Below the pieces are notes generated by a model. It was not told the origin of the DNA. It searched no databases and worked only from the letters and a program-made list of their open reading frames with translations. A stretch of 50,416 nucleotides of DNA from Candidatus Scalinduaceae bacterium (GTDB taxonomy: Bacteria > Planctomycetota > Brocadiia > Brocadiales > Scalinduaceae): NCBI GenBank assembly GCA_046759445.1, contig JBHICG010000018.1, positions 1 through 50,416 of the forward strand, given 5' to 3'. How positions within the stretch are numbered: the stretch's first letter is position 1; every line of letters begins with the position of its first letter. The translations under genes were made by a program, and so were the position numbers. This document shows positions 28,040 through 38,424 of the stretch, in pieces.

Positions 28040-28753
28040 TTATTCTAAATTTACGCCAAATGATTCTAAGGTTTTTCTGGCTGCTATTTGTTCCGCCTCT
28101 TTTTTGTTATTACCAAATCCAGAACAATGGCTATTGTTGTTAATTACTACAGCTACCTCGAATGTTTTTTTATGGTCTGGGCCACTTTGTTTAATTACTT
28201 TATATTTTGGTGCATGTCCATGTTGTTTTTGGCAGAAATGTTGAAGAATGGATTTGTAGTTTTTTTCGTGTTGGTTATTGCATACTATGTTAATTTCCCT
28301 TTTTAACCTTTTAGTTATAAAATCGTAAGCTACTTCTAAACCTCCATCGATATATATTGCCGCTATGATTGCCTCAAAGACGTTAGCTATGAGCGATTTT
28401 GGAAGTGAGCTGGTCGTTGTTAATCCCTTTCCAACGGAGATGTGTTTCTTTAGCTCCATTTCTGTTCCAATCTTGGCAAGAGTCGCACGACTTACAACCA
28501 CAGATTTTATTTTTGTTAGATTTCCTTCAGAATAATCTGGAAACTTTTTAAACAAATAATCGGAGATTATCATACCGAGTATCGCATCACCGAGAAATTC
28601 TAATCTTTCATTGCTTGGATTGTAAGGTGTTTTAAAAGATGTGTGGGTTAATGCATTTTCAAGCAGTTTGATGTTGTTAAAAAAATAACCAATCTTTTCC
28701 TGACAATCTGTTAGTTTTTCCGCTATTTCTTTATTATCCAAATTAAGCGACAT
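28040..28753 (-). CDS. rnc: ribonuclease III
   Basis: NERLEFLGDA signature, FEAIIAAIY, dsRBD GPDH...KKEAEQ. Confidence 0.97.
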   Translation of the reverse strand: MSLNLDNKEIAEKLTDCQEKIGYFFNNIKLLENALTHTSFKTPYNPSNERLEFLGDAILGMIISDYLFKKFPDYSEGNLTKIKSVVVSRATLAKIGTEMELKKHISVGKGLTTTSSLPKSLIANVFEAIIAAIYIDGGLEVAYDFITKRLKREINIVCNNQHEKNYKSILQHFCQKQHGHAPKYKVIKQSGPDHKKTFEVAVVINNNSHCSGFGNNKKEAEQIAARKTLESFGVNLE

Positions 28754-29255
28754 CTTTTGAGAATTTTTTTTCTTTAAATAACATTGATTCTTCTATGGCC
28801 GTATACTGAGTAGATGATTCGATTAATTCAATAGCCGTACTTTTACGAAAAGACACTACCTCTACTCTACAACCTTGAGCCTTTAGCATTTCAACAAGTG
28901 GTACGAAATCGCCATCTCCCGTAACAAGAACTATTGTATCTACCTTATTAGCCACAGCGATAGTATCTATGGCTATTCCCATATCCCAATCTCCCTTTGC
29001 AGTGCCATCAGGTCTGAGACGTAAATCTTTTGTCTTTATTTCATAGCCTAATCGCATAAGGGCATCTGTAAAGCTAGATTGATCAACATCAGGTTTCTTT
29101 ACTATATAAGCTATAGCCCGGATAAGGTCACGATCGGATACAATTTCTTGCAACAATTTGCTGTAATCAATTTTTGATTGGTGAAGTGCCTTGGCGGAAT
29201 AAAACATATTTTGTACATCAACAAAAACGCCTAATCTCTGTCTATGTTTTGTCAT
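28743..29255 (-). CDS. NYN domain (LabA/DUF88) protein
   Basis: VFVDVQN, KGDWDMGIAID, TGDGDFVPL. Confidence 0.92.
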   Translation of the reverse strand: MTKHRQRLGVFVDVQNMFYSAKALHQSKIDYSKLLQEIVSDRDLIRAIAYIVKKPDVDQSSFTDALMRLGYEIKTKDLRLRPDGTAKGDWDMGIAIDTIAVANKVDTIVLVTGDGDFVPLVEMLKAQGCRVEVVSFRKSTAIELIESSTQYTAIEESMLFKEKKFSKDVA

Positions 29256-29475
29256 TTGGTTGTTGTGTAATATAGTGTATCTGTCTTAAATTAAATTATT
29301 TATATCTAAGTTTATCCTGTATTTCTTAACAGTCAAATAAAAAAAAGATACAATCTTGAATAATCGTAAGATCTTTAACCCTGAAATATATTAAGTTGTT
29401 TCCACTGCAACTGTTAGCTAACACAATTGCAAAAATAATAGCTATTTGCTAACCTGTTTTTGGTATGTTATTTTG

Positions 29476-29504
29476 TTGACAGTATGTGCGTGTTCTGTTA
29501 TATT
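29476..29504 (+). promoter_or_regulatory. sigma70 promoter of the pheA-tpiA-secG operon
   Basis: TTGACA-17bp-TATATT with TG extension. Confidence 0.65.
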
Positions 29505-29577
29505 TTTTTAAGTTTTTTATATACTTAACCTACTGGAATTATATATAGTTACGTATTTTCTTAGATAAATAACTCAT

Positions 29578-30648
29578 ATGAATCTTAAAAAATTGAGGGA
29601 AAAAATTGATATTTTAGATTCAAAAATTGTAGAAATTCTCAATGAAAGAGCAAACATTGTTAAGGAAATTGGAAAAATCAAACTACGTACCAATGCTCAA
29701 GTATATGTCCCTGATAGAGAAAGGCAGATATATGAAAGAATTGCTGCTTGTAACAAAGGGCCTTTAAGCAATAAGTGTCTAATGGCAATATATAGAGAAC
29801 TAATGGAAAATTCTCTGGCCATTGAGAGACATTTAAGAGTGTCGTGTTTAGGTCCCAAAGGTACATTCAGTTATTTTGCCGCAAGGGAAAAATTTGGTAC
29901 TTCTGTCGATTATTTGCCTGTAAACGGAATTGACGCAGTTTTTAGAGAGGTAGTGAATAATCGGACAGACTATGGTGTTGTACCAGTAGAGAATACAACT
30001 GAAGGAAGTATCAGGGAGACCTTGAGTATGTTCATTGAGTGTAATGTTAAGGTTTGCGCCGAGATTATAATGCCAATTCATCACAACTTAATGGCAAATT
30101 GTAAAATTGATAAGATAAAAAGAATATACTCAAAACCTCAGGTCTTTTCTCAATGTAAGTTATGGTTAAGAAACAACTTTGAAAAGGTTGATCTTCTTAA
30201 TGTTGGTAGTACCACGGAAGCAGCGATTATTGCGGCAAAAGAAAAAGACGCTGCTGCTATTGCTCATTCTGAAGTTTCGCAGATGTATGGTATAAAAATA
30301 CTTAAACACAATATCGAAGATTATCCTAATAACATTACAAAGTTCTTTGTTTTAAGCCTTGAATCTTCCCCTCCAACTGGTCGCGATAAAACGGCGATTA
30401 TGTGCTATGTTAAAAATGAAGTAGGTACATTATATAATATACTGGAGGCATTTAAGAGGTATAACATAAACTTGACTGACATTGAAACATTACCCACACG
30501 AAAAAAGGCATGGGATTATTGCTTTTACATTGATTTTGTTGGTCATAAGGAAAATAAGAAAGTGAAAGATGCACTTGAAGAAGTTAGTAAAAGATGTATT
30601 GATCTGAATATAATTGGTTCATTTCCAGAAGGAATAGTGGTAAAATGA
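29578..30648 (+). CDS. pheA: chorismate mutase / prephenate dehydratase (P-protein)
   Basis: N-terminal CM domain (LREKID...ERA...IGKIK), LGPKGTFS, VPVENTTEG, C-terminal ACT domain. Confidence 0.93.
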   Translation: MNLKKLREKIDILDSKIVEILNERANIVKEIGKIKLRTNAQVYVPDRERQIYERIAACNKGPLSNKCLMAIYRELMENSLAIERHLRVSCLGPKGTFSYFAAREKFGTSVDYLPVNGIDAVFREVVNNRTDYGVVPVENTTEGSIRETLSMFIECNVKVCAEIIMPIHHNLMANCKIDKIKRIYSKPQVFSQCKLWLRNNFEKVDLLNVGSTTEAAIIAAKEKDAAAIAHSEVSQMYGIKILKHNIEDYPNNITKFFVLSLESSPPTGRDKTAIMCYVKNEVGTLYNILEAFKRYNINLTDIETLPTRKKAWDYCFYIDFVGHKENKKVKDALEEVSKRCIDLNIIGSFPEGIVVK

Positions 30649-31412
30649 ATAAGTTATCTATAGTTGGTAACTGGAAGATGAATCTGACTTTCGATGAAGC
30701 TAAAAATTTGGCAAAAAGGTTGCTTAAGGAAATAATCAGTTTGAATAATGTTGTGGATATTGGAGTATGCCCATCTTTTGTTTTTTTAAAGGACATATGT
30801 GAAATACTTAAGGGGAGTAGGATCTGTGTTGGTGCACAAAATATGTATTCAGAAAAAAGCGGAGCTTTTACGGGAGAGGTTTCTGGAGAAATGATTAAGG
30901 ACGTGGGTTGTACGCACGTAATAATTGGCCATTCTGAACGAAGAACGATCTTCCAGGAAACTAATTCTATGATAAACTTAAAATTAAATACTGCTTTATC
31001 TAATGATTTAAATCCTATTTTATGTATTGGGGAAAAACTGGAAGAGAGAGAATCTGGTAGGACCAAGGATGTTGTTGCTTCACAATTATCTGAAAGCTTA
31101 GGTGGTTTGGGTTCGGAACAGATACATAGATTAATAATTGCTTATGAACCTGTTTGGGCAATAGGTACTGGAAAAACTGCGACACCAAAGCAAGCCAATG
31201 AAGTACATTCTTTCATTCGGAATATACTTGGAGATAAATATGGAGATGCTGTAGCTAAAAACGCTAGAATTCAGTATGGTGGAAGTGTGAATTCAAAAAA
31301 TGCAAAAGATCTTTTAAATCAGCCTGATATTGATGGTGCACTAGTTGGAGGGGCTAGTTTAGATGCAGACTCTTTTCTAGGAATCATTTCAGATGCAATC
31401 AGGTTGTCCTAA
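30645..31412 (+). CDS. tpiA: triosephosphate isomerase
   Basis: GNWKMN, GHSERR, AYEPVWAIGTG, YGGSV, LVGGASL. Confidence 0.98.
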   Translation: MNKLSIVGNWKMNLTFDEAKNLAKRLLKEIISLNNVVDIGVCPSFVFLKDICEILKGSRICVGAQNMYSEKSGAFTGEVSGEMIKDVGCTHVIIGHSERRTIFQETNSMINLKLNTALSNDLNPILCIGEKLEERESGRTKDVVASQLSESLGGLGSEQIHRLIIAYEPVWAIGTGKTATPKQANEVHSFIRNILGDKYGDAVAKNARIQYGGSVNSKNAKDLLNQPDIDGALVGGASLDADSFLGIISDAIRLS

Positions 31413-31488
31413 ATTCCAGTTATTCTTAAAGGGTATTAAACTGCGTTTAAAATTATATTATCTGTTATTTTGCAAGAGGTAAATATTT

Positions 31489-31992
31489 ATGAAATTGAAA
31501 TGGATCACTTCTATTGTAATTATTTTTGGTTTACTTACCGTGTTTTTTATATTCCAGTGGTCAGTTGTTTTAAAAACATTATTAATATTATTGAGCGTTG
31601 TTTTGATTGGGTTAGTGCTGTTGCAGGCTGGGAGAGGTGGTGGTTTGGCGGCTATTGGTGGTTTAACTGACCAAACTACCTTTGGGACAAGATCTAGTAC
31701 CTTATTGAGTAAACTTACATACCTTGTTGGAGCGGCGTTTATTTTTACTACAATCTTATTAACAAAATTAACACTAATATCAATTCATGGTACAGGAACA
31801 TCTAAGTTCCTCGATGAGGCTACTCATATACATGAAGATGTTGGCCATACTCATGAACCGACACAAGGTATTGTTGAAGATGAAGGGTCCAATGCCATGA
31901 GTAAGGCTGCTGCTACCAGACAAAAAAAAGTAAGCAAGGAAAAAGAACATAAACCAAAAACTGCAGAAAATAGCCAAGATAATCATGAGTAA
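31489..31992 (+). CDS. secG: preprotein translocase subunit SecG with extensions
   Basis: VLLQAGRGGGL, FG-x-R-x-x-x-LLSKLT; follows tpiA. Confidence 0.88.
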   Translation: MKLKWITSIVIIFGLLTVFFIFQWSVVLKTLLILLSVVLIGLVLLQAGRGGGLAAIGGLTDQTTFGTRSSTLLSKLTYLVGAAFIFTTILLTKLTLISIHGTGTSKFLDEATHIHEDVGHTHEPTQGIVEDEGSNAMSKAAATRQKKVSKEKEHKPKTAENSQDNHE

Positions 31993-32033
31993 GAAATTTA
32001 CACTTAATTCACATTCTTTAAGATGGTGTGTCA

Positions 32034-32924
32034 ATGATTAAGAGTATGACTGGTTTTGGGCGTGCAGAATTAAAGGATGAAACTAAAACGATTATAGTTG
32101 AAATACGTTCTCTTAATAACAAGTATTTGAAAATTAATACCAAGATACCTGAATCGTTAATAGATTTCGAAGATAGAATCGAGAAACTCTTAAAAAAAGA
32201 ATTGTTTCGTGGGACAATCAATTTTACATTGGAGTATAAGGTATGCGAGCAGGAACCAAAATATTTTATAAATAAGGAGACATTAAAGGAATATTACAAT
32301 TTAATAAGTGAGGCACGAAAGGAAATATCTTCTAAACAAGACATCTCTCTTGAAAGCCTTATTTCTTTACCAGGTGTCTTAGAATTTAGAAAGGATACGG
32401 GAAACGGAAAGTTAACAGAAGATTTGTGGTCAGAGTTGGAAAAATTGATTAAGAGTGCTACCAATGATTTGTACCACATAAAAAATGTTGATGGTAGAAA
32501 TCTACAGTTAGAAATAGAAAAATGGGGGAATCGGATATCCTTGTTGTTGGGTAAAATAGAAGCGGTGATTCCAAATGTAGTATTGGAATATCAAGACCGT
32601 ATGCAAAAGAGGATATCTTCTTTGTTAAAGGGAACGGAAATAAGGATTGAAAAGAATGATTTATACAGAGAGATTTCTATCTTTGCTGATAAGTGTGACA
32701 TTTCGGAGGAGCTAGGAAGGCTTAGAAGCCATCTCTTATTGCTTAGCGACGTAATGGAGAGTGAGGAACCGATGGGAAGAAAACTTGAATTCATAGTACA
32801 GGAAATGTTTCGAGAGGCTAATACGATGGCAGCAAAAGCAAATGATGCTGATATAATCAAAGATGTAATTGAAATGAAGACCGAGATTGAAAGAATAAAG
32901 GAACAGGTATTTAATGTAGAATAA
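32034..32924 (+). CDS. YicC/YloC family endoribonuclease
   Basis: MIKSMTGFGR, EIRSLN, DISEELGRL, GRKLEF, REANT, KEQVFNVE. Confidence 0.93.
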   Translation: MIKSMTGFGRAELKDETKTIIVEIRSLNNKYLKINTKIPESLIDFEDRIEKLLKKELFRGTINFTLEYKVCEQEPKYFINKETLKEYYNLISEARKEISSKQDISLESLISLPGVLEFRKDTGNGKLTEDLWSELEKLIKSATNDLYHIKNVDGRNLQLEIEKWGNRISLLLGKIEAVIPNVVLEYQDRMQKRISSLLKGTEIRIEKNDLYREISIFADKCDISEELGRLRSHLLLLSDVMESEEPMGRKLEFIVQEMFREANTMAAKANDADIIKDVIEMKTEIERIKEQVFNVE

Positions 32925-33039
32925 TTGACCTCTTTTCTTTTAAAATTATTAACTAATAGCTACACAAATACCAATATAAGAAAAAGAATCAATCTCTAAT
33001 GTTGATGTCTTTGTGGCTGGATAGAGAACCTTTATTTAA

Positions 33040-33636
33040 ATGGTATTATCTGTGAGCGGCAAAAAAAGCCGAAATGTAACTAAAAAGGGTCGATTAGTAA
33101 TAATTTCTGGGCCATCAGGAAGTGGAAAAACAACAATTTGCAAGCAATTGACAATGAATTCCAGAATAAAACGATCAATCTCTTATACCACAAGAAACCC
33201 TAGAAAAGGTGAAAAAGAAGGAATCGATTATCATTTCATAAAAAGGAATGAGTTTGAAAAACTTGTCGATGAAGGTAAATTAATTGAGTATGAGGAATAC
33301 TGTGGTTCTCTATATGGAACCCCTCTTGGGCCTATCAAAGAGACAATCAAAAATGGTGGAACCTTCATACTTGCTGTTGATGTTAAAGGCGCAATGGAGA
33401 TTATGCGTAAAATTTCTAAAGTAACATCTATATTCATAATGCCACCTGACGACGACACTTTACGACAAAGGCTGAAGGAAAGACTCACTGATAGTGAAGT
33501 GAATATTAACACAAGACTTGAGATTGCTAAAGAGGAATTAAAATATAAGGAATATTATGATTACTGTGTTATAAATGACCAATTATATGATACTGTAAAG
33601 AAAATCAAGAGGATTTTAAATCTGCCTGATGATTGA
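33040..33636 (+). CDS. gmk: guanylate kinase
   Basis: SGPSGSGKTT, SYTTR-x-PR, GIDYHF, YGT. Confidence 0.96.
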   Translation: MVLSVSGKKSRNVTKKGRLVIISGPSGSGKTTICKQLTMNSRIKRSISYTTRNPRKGEKEGIDYHFIKRNEFEKLVDEGKLIEYEEYCGSLYGTPLGPIKETIKNGGTFILAVDVKGAMEIMRKISKVTSIFIMPPDDDTLRQRLKERLTDSEVNINTRLEIAKEELKYKEYYDYCVINDQLYDTVKKIKRILNLPDD

Positions 33637-33728
33637 ACATAACCTATCCGAATGGCTTGGTTGAGTGAGCAAGTATTTTAGATGGTTAGTAATTATATAT
33701 TAGTATGTAATTCCAAGGCTAAATAAGC

Positions 33729-34412
33729 ATGAATATTGTGTATGGTGTTACTGGAAGTATTGCTGCGTTTAAGGCTGCAGAAATCGTTTCCAAACTGAAA
33801 AGTTTAGGGTTTGATATCACCGTTATAATGACCAAATCCGCTCAAAAATTTGTTAGTCCTTTAACTTTTAGAACACTTTCACAAAATAAGGTAATAACAG
33901 ATGTTTTCATTGAAGAAAACGCTTGTGATCCTCAACATGTTTCATTGTCCAATAAGGCAGATGTCATTGTAATTGCTCCAGCTACAGCTAATATTATTGG
34001 AAAAATAGCTTCAGGTATAGCAGACGATGCGCTAACCTCCATTGTTATGGTAGTAACAAACATACCAGTGCTAATAGCTCCTGCAATGGACGATAGAATG
34101 TACTTGAATCCGATTACACAAAAGAATATTAAAAAACTTCAAAAAGTTGGATATAAATTTATTGGTCCAGAAAAGGGTAGATTAGCCTCAGGTCGAATTG
34201 GTGTTGGTCGTATGGCGGATGTAGAATTGATAATTCAATCAATAATAGATGAACATGAAAACAAGTCTAATCAAAATGTAAATATATTAGTTGAAGGTAT
34301 TGATGCAGAAAATAAGACTAAAAATAAAAAGAAAAAAAGGTTGCGAAGACCTGCCATTACCAAGATATATGAGTCAAGCGGCAAGCGGCATGGATCTGTA
34401 CGCGGCAGTTGA
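33729..34412 (+). CDS. coaC: phosphopantothenoylcysteine decarboxylase (stand-alone CoaC-type flavoprotein)
   Basis: [30 protein letters not shown]...GRM; no CoaB ligase domain. Confidence 0.85.
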   Translation: MNIVYGVTGSIAAFKAAEIVSKLKSLGFDITVIMTKSAQKFVSPLTFRTLSQNKVITDVFIEENACDPQHVSLSNKADVIVIAPATANIIGKIASGIADDALTSIVMVVTNIPVLIAPAMDDRMYLNPITQKNIKKLQKVGYKFIGPEKGRLASGRIGVGRMADVELIIQSIIDEHENKSNQNVNILVEGIDAENKTKNKKKKRLRRPAITKIYESSGKRHGSVRGS

Positions 34413-34752
34413 AAATCAAACAGTCCTGGAAAAAAATGAAATTAAGTTGATTCCGACAGGTTTTTTTATAGCTCTACCATTTGGTTATGAGGCACAAGTA
34501 CGTCCAAGAAGTGGATTAGCATTAAAATACGGGATAACGTTGGTTAACTCGCCTGGGACAATTGATAGCGATTATAGAGGTGAAATAGGAATAGTATTAT
34601 GCAATCAAGGTAAAAATAAGTTCATAGTTGAACGGGGGATGCGGATAGCCCAATTAGTGATACAACCAGTTGTGCATGCAGAGTTAGAAGAAGTAATCGA
34701 ACTCGAAGAGACACATAGAGGAGAGGGGAGTTTTGGGCATACGGGGCATTGA
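34303..34752 (+). CDS. dut: dUTP diphosphatase
   Basis: [37 protein letters not shown]; start at ATG 34303. Confidence 0.96.
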   Translation: MQKIRLKIKRKKGCEDLPLPRYMSQAASGMDLYAAVENQTVLEKNEIKLIPTGFFIALPFGYEAQVRPRSGLALKYGITLVNSPGTIDSDYRGEIGIVLCNQGKNKFIVERGMRIAQLVIQPVVHAELEEVIELEETHRGEGSFGHTGH

Positions 34753-34906
34753 AGAATTTAATATTAACCGATGATGCACTATGGGGCACCAAAGAAAGTC
34801 AATTTCTTGGTTTTTGTAAAACCTGACTTAAGAAAAAAACTTGCTTTGGAATATAAGTCATAAAAAAGAAATAATTCTGTTTTTTACTTTTAGGGAGGTA
34901 AATAAA

Positions 34907-35158
34907 ATGAATTTAAATCCAAGAAATTTTGGCTTAGCAGCAGGTGTTTTGTGGGGTTTTTCTCTGCTATTAATGACTTTAATTTCAGTAGGTACCGGTT
35001 ATGCTTCAGAGTTTCTGGAAGTAATAGCCAGTATATATCCAGGTTATAGTATTAGTTTGCTAGGAAGTATCATTGGTTTAGTTTATGGATTTATTGATGG
35101 TTTTATCGGGGTTTTTATATTTGCCTGGTTATATAATTGGTTAGAAACGAAGAAATAA
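34907..35158 (+). CDS. small two-TM membrane protein
   Basis: GGAGGT RBS before ATG 34907; FGLAAGVLWG...YPGY...GFIDG pattern. Confidence 0.7.
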   Translation: MNLNPRNFGLAAGVLWGFSLLLMTLISVGTGYASEFLEVIASIYPGYSISLLGSIIGLVYGFIDGFIGVFIFAWLYNWLETKK

Positions 35159-35311
35159 GCGAACCATTTCAGGTTTAGTATCTACTCTATAAAGATTATT
35201 TTCGCAGCACAACACGTCGTTTAGTACATGTTGTAGATATGCTACCGTAAAGTTTAAAATGGAAAACCGTTTGAATAAAGCATTCTGTAGGACTGAAAAG
35301 GAACTAATTTA

Positions 35312-37534
35312 GTGGAAAGAACAAGTATAATTTATTCAGTATACGCAATGATTATCTTTACAATTGCGATATTTATTTTAATAAGCATCTCTACTTTTTC
35401 ACCAAATGATCCTCCATTTGGGAATTACCCTTTAAACAATCAAGTACAGAATTATTGTGGAAAGATAGGGGCTGTTGTTTCTGGTTATTTGATATCAACT
35501 GTAGGTGTGACTGCATATGTTTTTGCGCTGTTAATAGGTACTATGGGAGTTTTATTATTTTTTAGAAGAAGAATAGAATATTTATGGATAAAAATACTTG
35601 GTGGAATACTCCTTATTGCGACCATTGTTCCAATATTAGGTATACTTGGCTTCGAAACGAGCATACTTAAACTACCACCAGAAACAGGTGGAATTATAGG
35701 GATTATTGCTGCGGTTAGTCTTACTGAATATCTTGGTACCACAGGCGCTTGCATATTACTAGCCTTAGGGTTTTTTATTTCAATAATGTTTGTATCTAAC
35801 AAAAGTTTAGAGATCCTTTTTAATAGGGCGTTTAAGAAGATAAAGGAAATGCATCATAACCAAACTTTAGTAAATCAAAATGCAGGAAAGACCGTAAATT
35901 ATGATTTGTCTAGTGAAAATCAGCACTTAACAGAAGATACTTATAAACGAGAAAAATCTGATAAAGAAATAGAAAAAAAAGTTGCCAATGAGCCTGTACA
36001 ATCAATATTTGTAGAGACAAAGCCCAAAAAGAGAGGCACAATATTTAGAAAAAATATGTTTGGTCTCTTCAAAGATGATAATTATACGTACCCACCAATC
36101 TCACTATTAGATGACTTAAAGAAGCATAAATTTGACAGTGATGAACATGTGACGGAAAAAGCTAATGTATTACAGAATACATTAGAACAGTTTAATATAA
36201 TTGCAGAGGTAGTGGGCATAGAGAAGGGGCCTTCAGTTACTATGTATGAATTGGATTTAGCACCTGGGACCAAGCTCGGGAAGATTTCATCACTTTCTGA
36301 TGATATTGCAATTGCGCTTAAGGCGCCAAATGTACGTGTGGTTGCACCCATACAAGGGAAATCTACTATAGGAATTGAAGTGCCAAATACTCATAGAAAA
36401 CCTGTGCAGATGCGTGAATTATTTGTGACAGCAGACGAAGACCTTAAAAAACAGACAATACCATTATTATTAGGTAAAGACATATCCGGGTATCCCTTAA
36501 TAGCAGATCTTGCAGCTATGCCACATTTATTAGTTGCTGGTACAACTGGTTCTGGAAAGTCCGTATGCCTCAATTCTATAATCTTAAGCATACTTCTTTT
36601 ACAGCACCCGGAAAAATTAAAATTATTACTTATAGACCCAAAGATGGTTGAATTCTCTTCTTTCAAGGATGTTCCTCATTTGATTACACCTGTTGTTACT
36701 GATATGAAGAGAGCAACTGCAATATTGGAATGGGCCGTTAATAAGATGGATGAACGTTATGCACTTTTGGCGCGAGCGGGTGTAAGAAATATTTCAGGTT
36801 ATAATAAATTGGATGAATATGAAAAAAGAAGAAGATTAAATCCTGAAGGCGACGCAAGTCTTGAGGATGTATCTTTCTTTCTGCCAAATATGGTAATTGT
36901 TGTCGATGAACTTGCTGATTTGATGATGGTTGCTTCAAAAGAGGTTGAAGCATCAATTATCAGGCTTTCACAAAAATCCAGGGCTGTTGGTATTCATCTT
37001 ATTGTTGCCACGCAAAGACCATCTGTAGATGTGATTACTGGATTAATAAAATCAAACTTACCTGCACGAATTTCATTTCATGTTTTTTCCAAGGTAGATT
37101 CACGAACAATTTTAGATCAAAATGGTGCAGAAAAGCTTCTTGGACGGGGTGATATGCTTTTTCTACCACCGGGAACATCTAAGCTAACAAGAGTTCAGGG
37201 GACATATGTCAGTGAAGATGAAGTGAAGAGTGTTGTGGAATACTTAAAGCAAAGAGTGCTTCCTGAATTCAGTCCTGAATTGAAGATGTGGCAGGGATCA
37301 CTTAAAGGGAGCGATGGTGCAAAGGATGAACTTTATGACAAAGCTGTAAAAATTATATTGGAAACTCAGCGAGGTTCGGTTTCGTTACTACAACGAAGAT
37401 TAGAGATTGGTTATTCTCGTGCGGCAAGGTTAGTAGACTTAATGGCTGAAGATGGGATTGTGGGAGAATACAAAGGTAGTCAGGCAAGAGAGGTATTCGT
37501 TACACTTGAAGAATGGGAGACACAGAAAAAATAA
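35312..37534 (+). CDS. ftsK: DNA translocase FtsK
   Basis: 4TM N-terminus, MPHLLVAGTTGSGKS, IDPKMVE, VDELADLMM, gamma domain SLLQRRL-x-IGY-x-RAAR. Confidence 0.97.
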   Translation: MERTSIIYSVYAMIIFTIAIFILISISTFSPNDPPFGNYPLNNQVQNYCGKIGAVVSGYLISTVGVTAYVFALLIGTMGVLLFFRRRIEYLWIKILGGILLIATIVPILGILGFETSILKLPPETGGIIGIIAAVSLTEYLGTTGACILLALGFFISIMFVSNKSLEILFNRAFKKIKEMHHNQTLVNQNAGKTVNYDLSSENQHLTEDTYKREKSDKEIEKKVANEPVQSIFVETKPKKRGTIFRKNMFGLFKDDNYTYPPISLLDDLKKHKFDSDEHVTEKANVLQNTLEQFNIIAEVVGIEKGPSVTMYELDLAPGTKLGKISSLSDDIAIALKAPNVRVVAPIQGKSTIGIEVPNTHRKPVQMRELFVTADEDLKKQTIPLLLGKDISGYPLIADLAAMPHLLVAGTTGSGKSVCLNSIILSILLLQHPEKLKLLLIDPKMVEFSSFKDVPHLITPVVTDMKRATAILEWAVNKMDERYALLARAGVRNISGYNKLDEYEKRRRLNPEGDASLEDVSFFLPNMVIVVDELADLMMVASKEVEASIIRLSQKSRAVGIHLIVATQRPSVDVITGLIKSNLPARISFHVFSKVDSRTILDQNGAEKLLGRGDMLFLPPGTSKLTRVQGTYVSEDEVKSVVEYLKQRVLPEFSPELKMWQGSLKGSDGAKDELYDKAVKIILETQRGSVSLLQRRLEIGYSRAARLVDLMAEDGIVGEYKGSQAREVFVTLEEWETQKK

Positions 37535-37590
37535 AAACAACTGACCATTTTGCGTTGTTCCTTTTTCTTTGTTAAAATCTAAAAAGAACT

Positions 37591-38199
37591 ATGAAAATGC
37601 AACACAATAAAACAGATATTCCAGTAGAGGGGATGAGTTTCAGGAAAAGTGTTGCTTTTAACCTTCCAAATAGAATAACCCTTTCAAGATTGTTTCTTGC
37701 CGTTGTTTTTTTTGTTTTTCTTTCATATAGATTTTTTGATTCAGCTTTGGTTGTTTTTTTCGTTGCAGTTCTTACAGATTGGCTTGATGGTTATTATGCA
37801 AGAAAAAAAGGATTATCAACAGATCTGGGACGTATAGTGGATCCTTTTGTTGATAAGGTAATTATCTGTGGAGGTTTTATTATTTTTATACATATTACTA
37901 AAGAAATGATAGCCCCGTGGATGGTAATAGTAATTGTAGCCAGGGAATTCTTTGTGAGTAGTATAAGAGGTTATTCAGAGTCGAAAGGAGTTCCGTTTGC
38001 GAGTAGCATATGGGGGAAGGCTAAGATGTTTTTGCAGTCTGTGACTATTTTCATCCTGATTTTGTACTTGGCACACTTTAAAAACATAAATTGGATGGAG
38101 TACATTGTTTATGTACTCATATGGGGTACTGTCATTGTTACTCTTGTCTCAGGTATTTTATACGCAATTTCAGCAAGGAAGACTTTACTTGCCACATGA
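37591..38199 (+). CDS. pgsA: CDP-diacylglycerol--glycerol-3-phosphate 3-phosphatidyltransferase
   Basis: NLPNRIT, TDWLDGYYAR, G-x-x-VDPFVDK, GKAKM. Confidence 0.92.
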   Translation: MKMQHNKTDIPVEGMSFRKSVAFNLPNRITLSRLFLAVVFFVFLSYRFFDSALVVFFVAVLTDWLDGYYARKKGLSTDLGRIVDPFVDKVIICGGFIIFIHITKEMIAPWMVIVIVAREFFVSSIRGYSESKGVPFASSIWGKAKMFLQSVTIFILILYLAHFKNINWMEYIVYVLIWGTVIVTLVSGILYAISARKTLLAT

Positions 38200-38424
38200 G
38201 GATTATGGTTTAACAGAACATATCAATTTCTAACTTATGGTCAAAAATGTTTTGGCGTGGTTAAGAAATAACGTTTCTTGAGTGATGCGTGTGATTATGT
38301 TAAGCATAAAGCGATTGATCTTAAGCTGAAGTAATCTAAGTATCCTGATAAACACATCGTTATCCGTAACTTCCAAAATGGAATATAAGCCAAGATAATC
38401 TGTTTTATTTTTGAGGTATTACAA

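Noticed and set aside
33650..33690. Imperfect inverted repeat between gmk and coaC
   Set aside because: Weak pairing, single copy and no U-tract; not enough to call a terminator or element.
34907..35158. Holin or prophage signal
   Set aside because: Similar small membrane proteins are sometimes labelled holins, but there is no endolysin, integrase or structural phage gene in the window.
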